The position numbers and the translations under genes are program-made. A DNA stretch of 64,000 nucleotides from Octopus vulgaris (taxonomy: Eukaryota), in the NCBI GenBank assembly GCA_951406725.2, contig OX597832.1:52700001-52764000 (forward strand), written 5' to 3'. This document shows, in pieces, positions 60,515-64,000 of this stretch (position 1 is its first letter; every line of letters starts with the position of its first letter). The notes under the pieces were generated by a model that was not told the origin of the DNA, searched no databases, and saw only the letters and a program-made list of their open reading frames with translations.

Positions 60515-60516
<2 letters not shown>
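60235..60516 (-). mobile_element. tRNA-derived SINE (another family)
   Basis: GGCGCATGGCTTAGCGG...GGTTTCGATTCCC boxes, then TTCTTGAGCAAAACACTT. Confidence 0.75.
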
Positions 60517-60545
<29 letters not shown>

Positions 60546-60548
<3 letters not shown>

Positions 60549-60725
60549 TTTCGTCTGCCGTTACGTTCTGAGTTCAAATTCTGCCAGGGTCGACTTTGCC
60601 TTTCATCCTTTCGGGGTCGATAAATAAAGTACCAGTTTCACACTGGGGTCGATGTAATCGGCTTAGTCCCTTTGTCTGTCCTTGTTTGTCCCCTCTATGT
60701 TTAGCCCCTTGTCAGCAGTAAAGAA

Positions 60726-60764
<39 letters not shown>

Positions 60765-61129
60765 CGCAGGAGTGGCTGTGTGGTAAGTAGCTTGCTAACC
60801 AACCACATGGCTCCAGGTTCAGTCCCACTGCGTGGCATCTTGGGCAAATGTCTTCTGCTATAGCCCCGGGCCGACCAATGCTTTGTGAGTGGATTTGGTA
60901 GACGGAAACTGAAAGAAGCCTGTCGTATATATGTATATATATATATATGTGTGTGTGTTTGTCCCCCTAGCATTGCTTGACAACCGATGCTGGTGTGTTT
61001 ATGTCCCCGTCACTTAGCGGTTCAGCAAAAGAGACCAATAAAACAAGTACTGAGGTCGATTTGCTCGACTAAAGGCAGTGCTCCAGCATGGCCGCAATCA
61101 AATGACTGAAACAAGTAAAAGAGTAAAGA

Positions 61130-61130
<1 letters not shown>
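60546..61130 (+). mobile_element. 5'-truncated SINE B (60546-60727) followed by SINE A (60762-61130), both within (TA)n
   Basis: Family motifs; flanking TA microsatellites. Confidence 0.85.
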
Positions 61131-61176
<46 letters not shown>

Positions 61177-62072
61177 TGATGGGCTTTCAGTTTCCATGCC
61201 TGGGGCTATAGTAAAAGACACTTGCCCAAAGTGTCATGCAGTGGGATCTTACCACACTGTCATACATGTGCCTAGCATGTCTAACATTTATCCATGCGCT
61301 CAGATTAACAAAATCTCAAGAGTTCATTGCTGAAGTCTCGTCTCCATTCAGTATCATAATTCTCACTCACCCATATGTTAGTCTGTGTCGTTAGTTCCAA
61401 AAAGGAAATTGAAACATCATCCTTATTAGTCATCAATGTTTAACATCCACTTTTCCTTGGTTGCATAGGTTCGATGGAATTTGTTGACGCAAGATTTTTT
61501 TTTTTTTTTTTACAGCCACATGCCCTCCCTTCCCGTTGCCAACCCTAACCTGTTTCCAAAAGCATGGTAATATTTCCCTATGATCAGATATGTTATTCAA
61601 GGAAGACTGGAAATCAACACCACTTGTATGATGGTGATACTCATTTACAATCATCACAATTATCAGGACAAGGGTACATACAAACATACACACAAATGAT
61701 GTCTGTGTATATATATATATATTATATTAAATTAGAGATAAAACCACTAAAAAAAAATTTTTTTTTAATTAATAAATAAATAAATTAATTAATAAATAAA
61801 ATAATATATAAATATAAAAATATACATACATACACACATATATATATAAAATTTATAAGTTTAAATTATTTAAATAATTTTTAAAATTTTAACTTTTATA
61901 TTTTTTAATTAATTTTATGTATTGGCTTATGTTTTTCACTTTGATTTGCCTAATAGTGGTTTTATCTCTAATTTAATATAATATAATATATTTATACTAT
62001 AAAATTGGATTTAATCCTAAATCTAATTTTTCCCTGTAAGTTTGGATTTATTCCCTAATATTATTATTATTT

Positions 62073-62144
<72 letters not shown>

Positions 62145-63435
62145 TATACACACAACATATAGAGACAGAGGGCTTCTTTCAGTTTGGACCAACCAAATCC
62201 AACCATAAGGTTTTGGTCAGCTCAGGACTATAGAAGAAGACACTTACTCAAAGTAGTGCACAGTGGGACTGAACCTGAAACCACACGGTTGGGAAGCAAG
62301 CTTTTTAACCACTCTGCCACACTTGTGCCTATAAGCCAGAAATCTCCCTCAAATGACACCCTGGCATTATAACATTTTCCCACAGTTAAGCTGTTAAAAC
62401 AACTTTACAATTTCAAATTAATCATCGCATTACTCATTTAGAAGGTTCATACACTATTATCAACATCATTTGGACAATCCTGGTCACATAGTCCACTAAT
62501 TACTAATTCTCTTTTTATGATTGTGATTTATGGCTGTAATATTCAATTAATTGAATAGTTTGATTGAATATCATCATCAACTGAAATTTGATGAGCTCCT
62601 TCATCTTTGCCAAATATAGTTTAATTTCACTGAAATTATGCATGGTTTTCCAACATCTAAAGTTATGCATTATTAATTGGCTTTTGTAGTGGTGATGTCA
62701 ACATAAGTAGCTAAATTGCAAAGCAATGGCTGAAGCTAATGAAATAGAATTATTTATTGTTATTAATATTTCTCTATTAATACTCAGCATAATCACTAAT
62801 GATGTTATTTTAGATGCGTTATGCTCCCCCCACCCTCATAATAGCCTAGTTTTTTGTCGTCCTTTTATGCTTATCGAACAGAACGGTCTCCAAATATTGA
62901 TGTAGCCTCAGGCCATAAAATAATACTATTAATCACATAATTACTAAATGAAGCGAAATGATATTGATACTATCTTATTTATACAAAATGAAGACGACTT
63001 GCCACAAAGATATGTCGGCCAAGTCTTCTTACAGAGACTGAAAAGATTCCCGATGAATGAAAACAGTCTCAAACCTCTTATCTGTCTGACACGAATCCGG
63101 ACAATGACATTTTGACCCAGAGTTTCTCTTGGTGTGTTTATGTATAGAGGGTACTTAGGAGGGTGAACAGAGAAACAGCTGTGTTTAATAAAATTAAGAT
63201 GCTTTTAACCTTTTTTTTTAAACATCATGGAGAAGTAAGAAGAATGATACGGAAGCAAACTGTATCTTCTCATTAATAGGAGTGGTGAAGCAATAAAGTT
63301 TACTAACATTTAAGATGCATGGAGAGACTGGCCTTTGTTGCCAGTTTTGCGAAGTACTGCTTTGACCAATCACTGGCTGACGATACAACACTGGCTGGAC
63401 TTAATGCTGATTGGTCAACCTAGTATGTGTTAGAG

Positions 63436-63715
63436 CAATGGTTCCCAAAGTGGGTAGTATTGCCCCCTAGGGGTAGTGAAAAGTTCTAAGGGGGGGATAA
63501 TGGGGTAGCGATTCATGTAAAAAGTGGGGCAATAATCGGGTAGTGATTCATGTAAAAACAACAAAATAATGGATTCATTAGGTTAAGTTTTATTTGTTAA
63601 ATACAGTTGCTTCAGAAAGAGGTCTATGTTTGTGATGGTTAGTTGGGGTGGGGGGCACTAGGAATGTGGCTTGGGTGTCAAGGGGGCTGCAGCCTGAAAA
63701 AGTTAGAACATCGAT
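63436..63715. mobile_element. hAT-type MITE (degenerate)
   Basis: CAATGGTTCCCAAAGTGGG..GCCCCCTAGGGG left end, AAAAGTTAGAACATCG right end. Confidence 0.55.
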
Positions 63716-64000
63716 CACATCAGTCCAGAAATATATTTGTGTCATGGACTTTGCCCTTTCCTTTCTCACTATATCTCATAACAGAAAAAAAAAAAAGAAA
63801 GAAAAAAAAAACAGAAAGTAACAGCAATATGTTAGAAGTATTAAGTCCTACATTTGTCTCACGCCACACTAACCTACAACTTGCTAATAACCCACATTTA
63901 CCTTTGCTTTAGCCACCTTCTAGGTTGCAATTTATACACACCCAAACACGTGTGTGCATGTGAAGCCACATAGCCTAGTGGTTAGGATGTTGTACACATG

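Noticed and set aside
62990-63072. Two adjacent hairpins, the second with CTGAAAA..GAAA
   Set aside because: Core mismatch and no register that gives both stem I and an NUH site; too weak to call a hammerhead.

Overview
AT-rich, repeat-dense animal genomic DNA. The SINE, MITE and microsatellite landscape strongly resembles a coleoid cephalopod such as Octopus (inference from repeat families). Most of the window is one minus-strand gene, a USP6NL/RN-tre-like TBC-domain Rab-GAP. I reconstructed it by hand as 13 coding exons (ATG 53373 to TAA 8714, 1977 nt, 658 aa), all with GT-AG introns and consistent phases; the ORF track shows only the last exon. A probable terminal exon of an unidentified convergent plus-strand gene lies at 2385-2592. 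The rest is transposon-derived: several tRNA-derived SINE families, two decayed Tc1 elements, RTE, Dong/R4 and HERO-like non-LTR fragments, non-autonomous Helitrons, piggyBac-, hAT- and Tc/pogo-type MITEs, and minisatellites. The most notable signal is a set of small Penelope/retrozyme-like repeats carrying type-I hammerhead ribozyme folds with non-canonical cores. One has a compensated G3-C8 swap and sits in an inverted pair; another family has A6U with variation largely at tolerant positions. Also notable are a 787-bp palindromic MITE with its own TSD, a head-to-tail Helitron pair, a 12-bp-TSD foldback composite, an overlapping uORF at the gene start, and a vestigial duplicate of a TBC exon.
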